Source: Eledone cirrhosa (lineage: Eukaryota). From it: a stretch of DNA of 64,000 nt. The DNA lies in the NCBI GenBank assembly GCA_964016885.1, contig OZ024749.1:11098001-11162000 (forward strand), read 5' to 3'. Position 1 is the stretch's first letter, and each line of letters begins with the position of its first letter. The translations under genes and the position numbers were made by a program. Shown here piece after piece: positions 1 to 12,200 of the stretch. The notes under the pieces were generated by a model, which saw only the letters and a list, made by a program, of their open reading frames with translations, was not told the DNA's origin and did not search any database.

Positions 1-865
1 AAAAGTTATGAATGGTAAAGAGGATTTTGACTTTTATTGCAAAAAAGTCTTTATGTTGGGTCTGAGAACATAATATGACATTCAAAGTGATTGATTTCAT
101 TGATTAGCTGTAGAAAATTCCATTTTTTTTTATCAACTGTACTTTTTAACTCTTAATATCCTGTACCACATGAAGCCACATTAGTGAGACAGTCTTGAAA
201 AGTACAAAACAACACTACGACTGTATCACATTAAAAATTGAAGTATTTACTCTAATATGGTAATTTTTTACATTAATCTATCTACTAGTAAATATAGTAT
301 AAACTTTTGAATGAACTTTTAGTGACATGTACCACATCGAACCACATTATGAAAGGCAAAGCTGGTCTCAGCAGAGAGTCAGATGGAGTCATATTATATG
401 GCATTTCTTGAGTCTTTTACACCTAATAGATCATATCCCTCTCCAGATCTAGATTGACCACAGCCAATGTATTCCCGGGGAAGAGAGAGTAAGAAGAATC
501 AACCCCAGAATTTGACTGAATTAGTATTTAATTTATTGACCCCAGAAAGAATAAAAAAACCAAACTTAACCATGTCAAGTTTGATATTTGAAGTTTGAGC
601 AAAGAGACAGAAACATAGTTTGTCAAATGTGAAGACTTATTGCAGTTTTTGTGAGCAGGGTGGGGTATACAGTAAGTAATAAAGAAATTTACCACTTATA
701 AAAGAGAAATGTTATATATCTTAGCAGACAAAGAGGAATCTTATTCACCACAAAGACCCCCCCCCCCTCCCCATCCCACCCATCAAACATAACATCAACA
801 ACAACATCATCCTATGAATATATCTTCAAACAAAAGCTAAACATACGAAAAGAAGAAAAGTTTTG

Positions 866-898
866 ATATATATATATATATATGTGTGTGGAGTGAGT

Positions 899-954
<56 letters not shown>

Positions 955-1157
955 GAGTGAGTTGTGCATATATATATATATATATATGTGTGGAGTAAGT
1001 TGTGCATATATATATATATATATGTGTGTGGAGTGTGTTGTGCATATATATATATATATATGTGTGTGTGTGGAGTGAGTTGTGCATATATATATATATA
1101 TATATGTGTGTGGAGTGTGTTGTGCATATATATATATGTGTGTGGAGTGTGTTGTGC

Positions 1158-1188
<31 letters not shown>

Positions 1189-1201
1189 GAGTGAGTTGTG
1201 C

Positions 1202-1234
<33 letters not shown>

Positions 1235-1284
1235 GAGTGAGTTGTGCATATATATATATATATATGTGTGTGTGTGGAGTGGGT

Positions 1285-1341
<57 letters not shown>

Positions 1342-2494
1342 AGCACCATCGTCATCATTTAACGTTTTTTCCTGGACATTAAAAATTGATGTATGTATGT
1401 GTGTGTATATATATATATGTATGTATGTGTGTGTGTATATATGTGTGTATGTGTGTATATGTAAATATATATGTAAATATATATGTGTGTATGTGTGTAT
1501 ATGTAAATATATATGTAAATATATATGTATGTAAATATATATATATATATATGTAGATATGTATGTATGTAAATATGTATGTATGTAAATATATATATGT
1601 ATGTAAATATATATATATGTATGTAAATATATATATATATATGTAAATATATATGTATGTAAATGTATATATATATATATGTAAATATATATGTATGTAA
1701 ATATGTATATATGTATGTAAATATATATATATGTATATGTATATATATATGTATATGTTTATGTATGTATATATGTATGTATATATATATGTATATGTAT
1801 ATATGAATGTATATATATATGTATATGTATATATGAATGTATATATATATGTATATATGTATATATTTATGTATGTATATATGTATGTATATATATATGT
1901 ATATGTATATATGAATGTATATATATATGTATATATGTATATATATATATATGTATATATGTATGTATATATATATGTATATATGTATGTATATATATAT
2001 GTATATATGTATGTATATGTATATGTATATGTATATATGTATGTATATATATATGTATATGTATATATGTATGTATATATATGTGTATATATGTATATAT
2101 ATATATATGTATATATATATATGTATATATATATGTATATATGTATATATGTATATATGTATATATATATATATGTATATATATATGTATATATATATAT
2201 ATGTATATATATATGTATATATATATATATGTATATATATATGTATATATATATATATGTATATATATATGTACATATGTGTATATATATATGTATATAT
2301 GTGTATATATATATGTATGTATGTATGTATGTATATATATATATATGTATGTATGTATGTATGTGTATATATATGTATGTATATATATACATACATACAT
2401 ACATATATATATGTATACATGTATACATGCATATATATATATATACACATATATACATATATATGTACACATATGTACATATATATATACATAT
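866..2494. repeat. (TA)n/(TG)n microsatellite complex, including compound (TA)n-GTGTGGAGTGAGTTGTGCA units at 866-1340
   Basis: direct reading. Confidence 0.95.
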
Positions 2495-3105
2495 GTCAGG
2501 TCACCAGTTGGTGCTACTGGTAACATGTATTCCAGTACAACCTGTCCCATGGTCGGGTCGTTGGCGACTAAACTGGCAACCCCACCAAGGTTTCTTGGTG
2601 AGGAGGGTGACTTTGGACATCCTGCAGGACTAAAAACAAAACCTGTCAAAAGGCAAAGGAGCTCTTAAGAGTCAATGGCCATCCAAAATCACCGGGAGAG
2701 ATGACCCCTTAGCCTTTGTCAAGGCAGAATTCTAGGAGAATGAAAACTCTGATATAACACCTGCAACCCTGATGGTATCCAATGATGTTGACTTGTTCTT
2801 CTTTTTGGTAAATATCATCTTGGTTAAGAGAGTGGGACTGGCTTTGTGCAGTGCCTTTGCTCACTATAAAAGCTTCACGGCACAGGCATTGCTTTATATC
2901 TGGAGATCTCTCTGCATTTGTCGTCACATGGTACCATGGGCCCAGCACTATGTGTCAATAATTGTCACAAGTGTAGTGTTTGTACCAGAGCTTTCAAGTC
3001 GCTGGCTGGACTAAAAAGTCACACTCGTTCAGCGCATCAGTAGGGGTTCTCCTACATGGATATAAAGTAGTGGCCGTACTCGAAAACGAGTTGGCAGCCA
3101 CCATG
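2495..3105 (+). mobile_element. interspersed repeat resembling a LINE (RTE-like) 5' UTR
   Basis: diverged second copy at ~62285-62506 on the minus strand (shared TGATGTTGACYTGTTCTTCTTT...GAGTGGGA); the family assignment is from recollection only. Confidence 0.45.
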
Positions 3106-3109
3106 TGTG

Positions 3110-3142
<33 letters not shown>

Positions 3143-3195
3143 ATTATTGAATAAAGCAACAGGAGGCCAGAAAGTTGAAATATATATATATATGT

Positions 3196-3540
3196 GGAGG
3201 CACATGGCTTAGTGGTTAGAGCATTGGCCTTGCAATCGAAAGGTTGTGAGTTCAATTCTCAGACCGGGTGATGTGTTGTTTCCTTGAGCAAGACACTTTA
3301 TTTCACATTGCTCCAGTTTACTCAGCTGTAGAAATGAGATGATAGGGACTGGGGTCCCTATCATTCCACTGCAAAGTGGTCGTGGAGGTGCCACGGCAAA
3401 AAAGCACCCAACCCACACTGTAAATGAGGTTGGTGTTAGGAAGGGCATCCAGCTGTAGAAATCAAGCCAGCATCAGTTGCCGTCCCACTCTTGCAAGCAG
3501 GGAAAAGTGGACGTAAAATGAAATGATGAATGAAATGATA
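3196..3540 (+). mobile_element. tRNA-derived SINE family A (CORE-like body, bipartite RTE tail, (GAT)n end)
   Basis: A box TGGCTTAGTGG, B box GAGTTCAATTC, CCTTGAGCAAGACACTT core; multiple near-identical copies in the window. Confidence 0.9.
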
Positions 3541-3546
3541 TATATA

Positions 3547-3875
3547 TGCTCTGATGGATGTGTAATAGTAATGTGCGGAAACAGCGAAGCATAAATAAAT
3601 TGGGAGAGAGACTAAGCATGAGAGGTATCAAATGTTGTGTTCTGGAGAGGAGATTGCGTTGGTATCGACATGTGATGCGTATGAAGGATGACAGCTGTAT
3701 AAAAAAAAGTGCAGAGCAATGAAAATTGATGGAAGCTATGGAGTGGGTAGACCAAGGGATGAGGTGATAAAAACTGACCTTGTTCACTTACACCTCTCTA
3801 ATACAATGACACTGAATCGAGATCTTTGGCGCCATGCAGTTGTACAGAAGACCCACTTTCCCTTGCATACAAACC
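3547..3875 (+). mobile_element. RTE LINE 3' fragment
   Basis: homologous to 29115-29440 (ERRLRWYGHVMRM region), decayed. Confidence 0.8.
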
Positions 3876-3950
3876 TATAGTCAGTAGGCACCTCTTAACC
3901 CAATATACACCCTACCCCATCCATTGTGTCGGTGACACAATAAAATGCAC

Positions 3951-5445
3951 TCAGTCCACACTGTAATGTGGTTGTGTGGGAGACACGGTAAAAAGGCTCC
4001 CAGTCCACACTGTAAAGTGGTCATGTAGGAGACACAGTAAAAAGGCTCCCAGTCCACACTGTAATGTGGTCATGTAGGAGACATGGTAAAAAGGCTCCCA
4101 GTCCACACTGTAATGTGGTTGTGTAGGAGACACAGTAAAAAGGCTCCCAGTCCACACTGTAATGTGGTTGTGTAGGAGACACAGTAAAAAGGCTCCCAGT
4201 CCACACTGTAATGTGGTTGTGTAGGAGACACGGTAAAAAGGCTCCCAGTCCACACTATAATGTGGTTGTGTAGGAGACACAGTAAAAAGGCTCCCAGTCC
4301 ACACTGTAATGTGGTTGTGTAGGAGACACAGTAAAAAGGCTCCCAGTCCACACTGTAATGTGGTTGTGTAGGAGACACAGTAAAAAGGCTCCCAGTCCAC
4401 ACTGTAATGTGGTTGTGTAGGAGACACGGTAAAAAGGCTCCCAGTCCACACTGTAATGTGGTTGTGTAGGAGACACAGTAAAAAGGCTCCCAGTCCACAC
4501 TGTAAAGTGGTTGTGTAGGAGACACGGTAAAAAGGCTCCCAGTCCACACTGTAATGTGGTTGTGTAGGAGACATGGTAAAAAGGCTCCCAGTCCACACTG
4601 TAAAGTGGTTGTGTAGGAGATAAGGTAAAAAGGCTCCCAGTCCACACTGTAATGTGGTTGTGTAGGAGACACGGTAAAAAGGCTCCCAGTCCACACTGTA
4701 ATGTGGTTGTGTAGGAGATAAGGTAAAAAGGCTCCCAGTCCACACTGTAATGTGGTTGTGTAGGAGACACGGTAAAAAGGCTCCCAGTCCACACTGTAAA
4801 GTGGTTGTGTAGGAGACACGGTAAAAAGGCTCCCAGTCCACACTGTAAAGTGGTCGTGTGGGAGACACGGTAAAAAGGCTCCCAGTCCACACTGTAAAGT
4901 GGTTGTGTAGGAGATAAGGTAAAAAGGCTCCCAGTCCACACTGTAATGTGGTTGTGTAGGAGACACGGTAAAAAGGCTCCCAGTCCACACTGTAAAGTGG
5001 TTGTGTAGGAGACACGGTAAAAAGGCTCCCAGTCCACACTGTAAAGTGGTCGTGTGGGAGACACGGTAAAAAGGCTCCCAGTCCACACTGTAAAGTGGTT
5101 GTGTAGGAGATAAGGTAAAAAGGCTCCCAGTCCACACTGTAATGTGGTTGTGTAGGAGACACGGTAAAAAGGCTCCCAGTCCACACTGTAAAGTGGTTGT
5201 GTAGGAGACACGGTAAAAAGGCTCCCAGTCCACACTGTAAAGTGGTCGTGTGGGAGACACGGTAAAAAGGCTCCCAGTCCACACTGTAAAGTGGTTGTGT
5301 AGGAGATAAGGTAAAAAGGCTCCCAGTCCACACTGTAAAGTGGTTGTGTAGGAGACACGGTAAAAAGGCTCCCAGTCCACACTGTAAAAGTGGTCATGTA
5401 GGAGACACGGTGAAAAGGCTCCCAGTCCACACTGTAAAAGTGGTT
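3951..5445 (+). repeat. 49-bp minisatellite, ~30 copies, inside a SINE/RTE-UTR element
   Basis: unit CCCAGTCCACACTGTAAWGTGGTTGTGTAGGAGACACGGTAAAAAGGCT; period 49 (4001, 4050, 4099). Confidence 0.95.
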
Positions 5446-5685
5446 GGTGTTAGAAAGGGCATCCAGCCATAGAAAACCTGCCAGAGGCACTTCCGTACGT
5501 GCGAGACACGGTCTCCCGACCAATCCCGCATCAACTGAAACAAAACCATCTAACCCATGCTGGCATGGAAGGTGGACGTTAAACGATGGTGATGATGATA
5601 TATATAGGAAAGGAGTCAGGACCCCGATGGCTGAGCTCCGGTTGTTTTGACAGTTAGATCCAAACTATATATATATATATATATT

Positions 5686-6940
5686 TGTTTTCCAAGATAG
5701 CTAACTCCATACACCAGAGTATAACTGTAACTATTGACTACCCTTCCAAACACCCTAACAATAGACTACCAGTATTAGACATGGAACTCTGGTTAAACAC
5801 TATAAACGAGAGGGCCCAAATTCTCCACTCACACTATGCTAAACCCATGGCCTCCAAATACCTTATACTCAAAAACTCAGCAATGTCCAATAGTGCTAAG
5901 TTTAATATTCTGATCGCATACTTGGTAAGAGTGATGAAGAATGTGTCCTGCATGTGCGACACAACTGAAATGGAAAGACACATCCAACACTTGCAGCATG
6001 CAGTTCTCTGGCTACAACCAAAGAGACAGAATCAGAGTATACAAAGGAGCTATGGAGAAATATAAGACCCTCATAGAGATGGAGCAAATCATGGAGTAGC
6101 TTAGATAGGTCTAAACATACGATAGGGAAAGCCAATTGATGGTACGACAACCAGAGATACCAGAGTGTCATGTTCGTGGAGGGAAATTAGCTAACCAATA
6201 TAGAAAAGCCCTAAGAAAGACCCATCTAAAGATTAAAGTGGTAGAAAAGCCAGGCACCACCATAAAATCCCTATTCAGTAAAACTTACCCCTTTAAGAAA
6301 ACCCACTGTATGCATGTATTATATGTAGAATGAATCCTCAAATAAATTGTAAAACTAGAAATGTAGTCTATAGCATAAGATGTACAGGGGGTGCCTGTAG
6401 AAACATGACAACGACATACATAGGTGAGACAGCTCGAAGCATAGGAGAGAGAAGAGACCAACACTGAGAGGAACTAAAATGACAAAAAGACGGTTCGGTA
6501 CTATATCAACATGTCAGACTAAGACATGATGGTAATATAGACAACATAGAAATTAAAATGAAATCTAAACATAGAAATGACTGTAGGTAGATAAATCAAA
6601 GAAGCTACTGAGATAGAGCTTAGAAAACCAAAGTTGAACAGAAAAAACGAATGGAATAACAACAACAACCATACTCAAACACACAAATATAAATAAATAT
6701 ATACACAAGTACAATAACAAACACACTAGTGAACAAAGATAGAATACAAACACACATGGACTCAAACACGAACACGCACACCAAACAGAAAACATACACG
6801 CAAACACATGCGGAAACAGAGACAGAGACAAGAATAAATAAATAAAATAACAATAGCTTAGGCATTACAATACAACAAGAGGAAACATAATAGTACCACT
6901 GATGATGTCACAGAAGTGGGATGAAAGAACTTTGATAGAC
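5686..6940 (+). mobile_element. Penelope-like element fragment (RT C-terminus + GIY-YIG), disrupted
   Basis: ANSIHQSITVTIDYP...LPVLDM...YAKPMAS (PLE RT end) and CKTRNVVYSIRC...YIGETARSIGER (GIY-YIG); frameshifts and stops; TA repeats on both sides. Confidence 0.85.
6895..6932 (+). ncRNA. decayed hammerhead core 3' of Penelope-like fragment
   Basis: CTGATGA TGTCAC-AGAA-GTGGGAT GAAA; stems I and III not recoverable. Confidence 0.4.
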
Positions 6941-7125
6941 TATATATATATATTTATATCTGTATTTTTAACTGTTGGTCAATCAATGATAAACATTGAT
7001 TGCCAAATAAATTAACTATGGAGATGTAAAAGATACAGAAACGAAAACCAATCCAAACCAAACAGTGTGTGTGTTTTATTATTTCTGGCAGTATTATAAC
7101 AATATGACCCTCCCCAAATATAACA

Positions 7126-7169
<44 letters not shown>

Positions 7170-7179
7170 AATGAATTAC

Positions 7180-7480
7180 AAAATAAATAATTGTTTCTAC
7201 TTTTGGCACAAGGCCAGCAATTATTCCAGTGTGTTACTGGTACTTTATTTTATTGACCCTGTAAGGATGAAAATAAATAATAATGGTTTTTTTATATAGG
7301 CACAAAGCCAGCAATTTTGGGGGGAGGGGAAAGTCGATTAAATCGACTCCAGTGCGTGACTGGTACTTTATTTTATCGACCCTGTAAGGATTAAAGGCAA
7401 AGTTAACCTTGGTAGGATTTGAACTCAGATCATAAAGGACAAAGCATGGTGTCTAACCCCCTACCAATACTGCCAATAGT
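7180..7480 (-). mobile_element. SINE family B, two nested/adjacent pieces (others at ~500-600, 48005-48090, 50725-50880, 51130-51225)
   Basis: reverse complement of the family B core and tail. Confidence 0.8.
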
Positions 7481-7756
7481 CAAGAAAAGAAAGAGATGTT
7501 CTAAAGTATAAAGGCAAAGATAATGTTGTTAATGTTGTTGTTGTTGATGTTGGTGGTGGTGGTGGTGGTGTTGTTGTTGGTGTTGATGTTGATGTTGATG
7601 TTGTTATTGGTGTTGGTGTTGATGTTGTTAATGTTCTGATATTAAAGAAATATAAGCTGTAATATTCCACTGTGTGTATATGTATGTATATATGTATATA
7701 TATATATATATGTATGTATATATGTATATATATATATTTATATGTATGTATATATG

Positions 7757-7789
<33 letters not shown>

Positions 7790-7840
7790 GTATAAATATA
7801 TATATGTATATATGTATATGTATATATGTATATATATATG

Positions 7841-7871
<31 letters not shown>

Positions 7872-8163
7872 GAACAAATAACGAAACGAAATTAAATTTC
7901 GTTTCGTTTGTAACTCACTTTTGTATGACTGACGCTTAAACAATTAAGTTAAAGATGTACATCCATATATGTATACTGAAATACTAGTATGTATATGAAT
8001 ACACACACGTATACATATGTAGGTGTACCAAGTTTTTTCACTGGTCACTTTACTGTGAGTGGCCAGCTATTCTGTATGTAAACACACAGACAAACCGGTT
8101 TTTAGAGTCATACTGGTTTTTGAGGAAACACCTCTCCTCTATTCTCCAGAAAGCCAGACAAGG

Positions 8164-8208
8164 AATATTGAACTAGTTTCGTTGTTGTTACAACTCATCA
8201 GCAATATT
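8164..8208 (-). ncRNA. minimal type I hammerhead ribozyme, copy 1
   Basis: reverse complement reads AATATTG CTGATGA GTTGT-AACA-ACAAC GAAA CTAGTT CAATATT: full core, 7-bp stem I, 5-bp stem II with G-C closing pair, palindromic stem III. Confidence 0.88.
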
Positions 8209-8630
8209 TACCTATCTTCCGGCCTCTCTAGAGAATCGTAAAAGCACATATCGTTATGTGCTTTTTCTATGAAAATTAGTAGTGGGCAGACTAATTTGCA
8301 TAGAGTGTGAGTAAGTACCGGTTCAACGGAGACGATAAAAACAAATAACGAAACGAAATTAAATTTCGTTTCGTTTGTAACTCACTTTTGTATGACTGAC
8401 GCTTAAACAATTAAGTTAAAGATGTACATCCATATATGTATACTGAAATACTAGTATGTATATGAATACACACACGTATACATATGTAGGTGTACCAAGT
8501 TTTTTCACTGGTCACTTTACTGTGAGTGGCCAGCTATTCTGTATGTAAACACACAGACAAACCGGTTTTTAGAGTCATACTGGTTTTTGAGGAAACACCT
8601 CTCCTCTATTCTCCAGAAAGCCAGACAAGG

Positions 8631-8675
8631 AATATTGAACTAGTTTCGTTGTTGTTACAACTCATCAGCAATATT
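8631..8675 (-). ncRNA. minimal type I hammerhead ribozyme, copy 2
   Basis: identical to copy 1, 467 bp away. Confidence 0.88.
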
Positions 8676-8889
8676 TACCTATCTTCCGGCCTCTCTAGAG
8701 AATCGTAAAAGCACATATTACAAACGAAACGAAATTTAATTTCGTTTCGTTATTTGTTTTTATCGTCTCCGTTGAACCGGTACTTACTCACACTCTATGC
8801 AAATTAGTCTGCCCACTACTAATTTTCATAGAAAAAGCACATAACGATATGTGCTTTTACGATTCTCTAGAGAGGCCGGAAGATAGGTA

Positions 8890-8934
8890 AATATTGCTGA
8901 TGAGTTGTAACAACAACGAAACTAGTTCAATATT
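8890..8934 (+). ncRNA. minimal type I hammerhead ribozyme, copy 3
   Basis: AATATTG CTGATGA GTTGTAACAACAAC GAAA CTAGTT CAATATT; predicted GUU cleavage after 8927. Confidence 0.88.
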
Positions 8935-9356
8935 CCTTGTCTGGCTTTCTGGAGAATAGAGGAGAGGTGTTTCCTCAAAAACCAGTATGACTCTAAAAAC
9001 CGGTTTGTCTGTGTGTTTACATACAGAATAGCTGGCCACTCACAGTAAAGTGACCAGTGAAAAAACTTGGTACACCTACATATGTATACGTGTGTGTATT
9101 CATATACATACTAGTATTTCAGTATACATATATGGATGTACATCTTTAACTTAATTGTTTAAGCGTCAGTCATACAAAAGTGAGTTACAAACGAAACGAA
9201 ATTTAATTTCGTTTCGTTATTTGTTTTTATCGTCTCCGTTGAACCGGTACTTACTCACACTCTATGCAAATTAGTCTGCCCACTACTAATTTTCATAGAA
9301 AAAGCACATAACGATATGTGCTTTTACGATTCTCTAGAGAGGCCGGAAGATAGGTA

Positions 9357-9401
9357 AATATTGCTGATGAGTTGTAACAACAACGAAACTAGTTCAATAT
9401 T
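9357..9401 (+). ncRNA. minimal type I hammerhead ribozyme, copy 4
   Basis: identical to copy 3, 467 bp downstream; predicted cleavage after 9394. Confidence 0.88.
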
Positions 9402-9623
9402 CCTTGTCTGGCTTTCTGGAGAATAGAGGAGAGGTGTTTCCTCAAAAACCAGTATGACTCTAAAAACTGGTTTGTCTGTGTGTTTACATACAGAATAGCT
9501 GGCCACTCACAGTAAAGTGACCAGTGAAAAAACTTGGTACACCTACATATGTATACGTGTGTGTATTCATATACATACTAGTATTTCAGTATACATATAT
9601 GGATGTACATCTTTAACTTAATT

Positions 9624-9878
9624 ATATATATATGTATATATGTATATATATGTATATATATATATATGTATATATGTATATATATATATATGTATATATG
9701 TATATATATATATATGTATATATGTATATATATATATGTATATATATATATATGTATATATGTATATATATATATGTATATATATATGTATATATATATA
9801 TATGTATATATATATATGTATATATATATATGTATATATATATATGTATATATATATGTATATGTATATATATATATG

Positions 9879-9925
<47 letters not shown>

Positions 9926-9954
9926 GTATATATGTATATGTATATATATATATG

Positions 9955-10001
<47 letters not shown>

Positions 10002-10639
10002 GTATATATATATATGTATATATATATATGTATATATATATATGTATATATGTATATGTATATATATATATGTATATATGTATATATATCATCATCATCA
10101 TTATCATCATCAACGTTTAACGTCCGTGTTCCACGCTTGCATGGGTTTGGACGGGGGTAGTCCCACTTGAGGCAAGAGTGATTGTCTTGCTCGCATAGGA
10201 CTGTCTGGCAGGTTTTCTACAGTTGGATGCCCTTCCTAACACCAACCACATTTACAGTGTGGGTCTGGGAGGTTTTTACCGTGTTGCCTACACGGTAATA
10301 TATATACACACATACACATATATATATATATACATAGGCAATAATATTCCTCTGTGTGTGTGTGTGTGTGCGTGTGTGGTGTGTGTACACACACACACAT
10401 ATAGGTAGTAATATTCCTGTATGTGCATGTATATATGTACATACACACATATATATAGGCTGTAATTTTCCTGCGTGTGTGTATGTATATATGTACACAT
10501 ATACGTGTGTGTGTATATATATCTACATACACATATATATATAGGCTGTAATTTTCCTGCGTGTGTGTGTATATATGTACACATATACGTGTGTGTGTAT
10601 ATATATGTACATACACATATATATAGGCTGTCATTTTCC

Positions 10640-10671
<32 letters not shown>

Positions 10672-10737
10672 CACATACGTGTGTGTGTATATATATGTAC
10701 ATACATACACATATATGTCAGCTGTAATATATCTACC

Positions 10738-10789
<52 letters not shown>

Positions 10790-10831
10790 CATACATATAA
10801 GTGTGTGTGTGTGTGTGTACACATATACGTG

Positions 10832-10894
<63 letters not shown>

Positions 10895-10900
10895 GTGTGT
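9624..10900. repeat. (TA)/(TG) microsatellite complex (also 7672-7872)
   Basis: direct reading. Confidence 0.9.
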
Positions 10901-11124
10901 ATTTGTTTCGAGAGACTTGTCAGACCTTTCAGATCCAGCAGTCAAACCAAAGACAATCACATTACAAGGAAATATTATGGAAATGAGAACTACAATAACA
11001 GCACCCCTCCTCCACACTGCACCACCACCACCACCACCACCAGATATCTTGAGACATTGTTAGAAGTGGGGGGGGGGTACAGGTAAGGGTGGTGGTGGTG
11101 GTGGTGGTGGTGGTACAGAGAGTG

Positions 11125-12200
11125 GCTTTACTAGACTTCTGTTCTAGCAATGGACTCTGTATTATGAACACCTTCTTCCAGCACAGAGACATCCATAATT
11201 ATACAAGGGGAATCAGGGACAGAGATCAATAATTGATTTTGTTATTGTCTCTGATCTCTTTGATTCTGTGCTGGATGTTCGTGTTAAGAGAAGAGCTGAG
11301 CTGTCAACTGATCACCATCTTGTTAACTGAGACTAGAGACTATCTAAAGCCAAAGAAGCACACAAAACAGGGGTGTCCAGGGCGACCTACAGGATAAAGT
11401 GGGAAGCGTTGGTGGATAAAGAAGTCAGAACCAGGTATGCAGAGATATTACTGCATCCAAATTCAGAAAACTCCCTGAGCAAACAGAGGGGGGGGGGGAG
11501 ATGGAGTGGTGATTGTTCAGCTCAGCAGTTTCTGCTTCAGGTGTTAAATGCTGTGTTCAAAAGAGACTTGGTGTGGTGCCAAATGGCAGGAGTACCCCTT
11601 GGGTCAATCAAGAGGTCAAAGATGTCATCTGAGCAAAGAAGGAGGCTTTCAAAGCTTTGCTTGGAAACAAGTCCTCATTCTTGCACTTGCAGTACAAGCA
11701 GGCATGAAGCATCACTGCGGAGAAGACAGTAAAGGCGCCCAAATTTAAGACATAGGAGGACTTTGGGGCTAAGCTGGAATCCAACTTCAGATCAGCAAAT
11801 AAAGTGTTCTGGCAGACCATCCACCAACTTCGTAATAAGAAGTCCTCCTCCATACTTGTTATCAAGAACACTTCTGGGGTTCTCTTCTCTTCAGAGAGGT
11901 GCATCCTCATGAGGTGGAGAGAATACTTTGCTGATCTCCTAAACCCGATCACAACAGCATCTTCTGATGTACACGAGGTGCAGCTGGGAGCAGTGACTAA
12001 TCTCTCAGAGGCTGAGGTCACAAGAGCAGTCAAATGGGGCAACGCCGCTGAGGAAGGTGAAATCCAGCCTGAGATGTTAAAAGTCTTAAATAGAGAAGGT
12101 ATTCTCTAGCTGACTCATGTGGTCTGAGTGACCTGGATCTCTGGAAAGGCACCTAAGCAATGGCAATCGGGGGTGATAATCCCAATTTTCAAAATGAGAA
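11125..12200 (+). mobile_element. RTE-clade LINE fragment (AP endonuclease C-half, linker, RT start), second family
   Basis: LLDFCSSNGLCIMNTFFQHRDIH...IDFVIV...STDHHLV...RWREYFADLLNP...WQSGVIIPIFK; frameshifted. Confidence 0.85.

Larger units (their letters stand above)
7873..9623. mobile_element. 467-bp hammerhead-containing tandem/inverted array, candidate non-LTR retrozyme or Penelope pLTR-derived element
   Basis: ~1.8 units in one orientation (7873-8718) and ~1.9 units inverted (8718-9623); units essentially identical; one hammerhead per unit; flanked by (TA)n-rich microsatellite on both sides. Confidence 0.8.

Noticed and set aside
3196-3270. tRNA gene (also other SINE heads)
   Set aside because: Acceptor and anticodon stems do not pair; sequence continues into the SINE body
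3951-5523. 400-460-aa repeat ORFs and a CRISPR-like look
   Set aside because: Head-to-tail 49-bp units, open in all three minus frames, with no unique spacers and no cas genes
8059-9506. Four identical 60-aa ORFs
   Set aside because: GTG start, antisense to the hammerhead, no recognisable domain; a by-product of the 467-bp repeat
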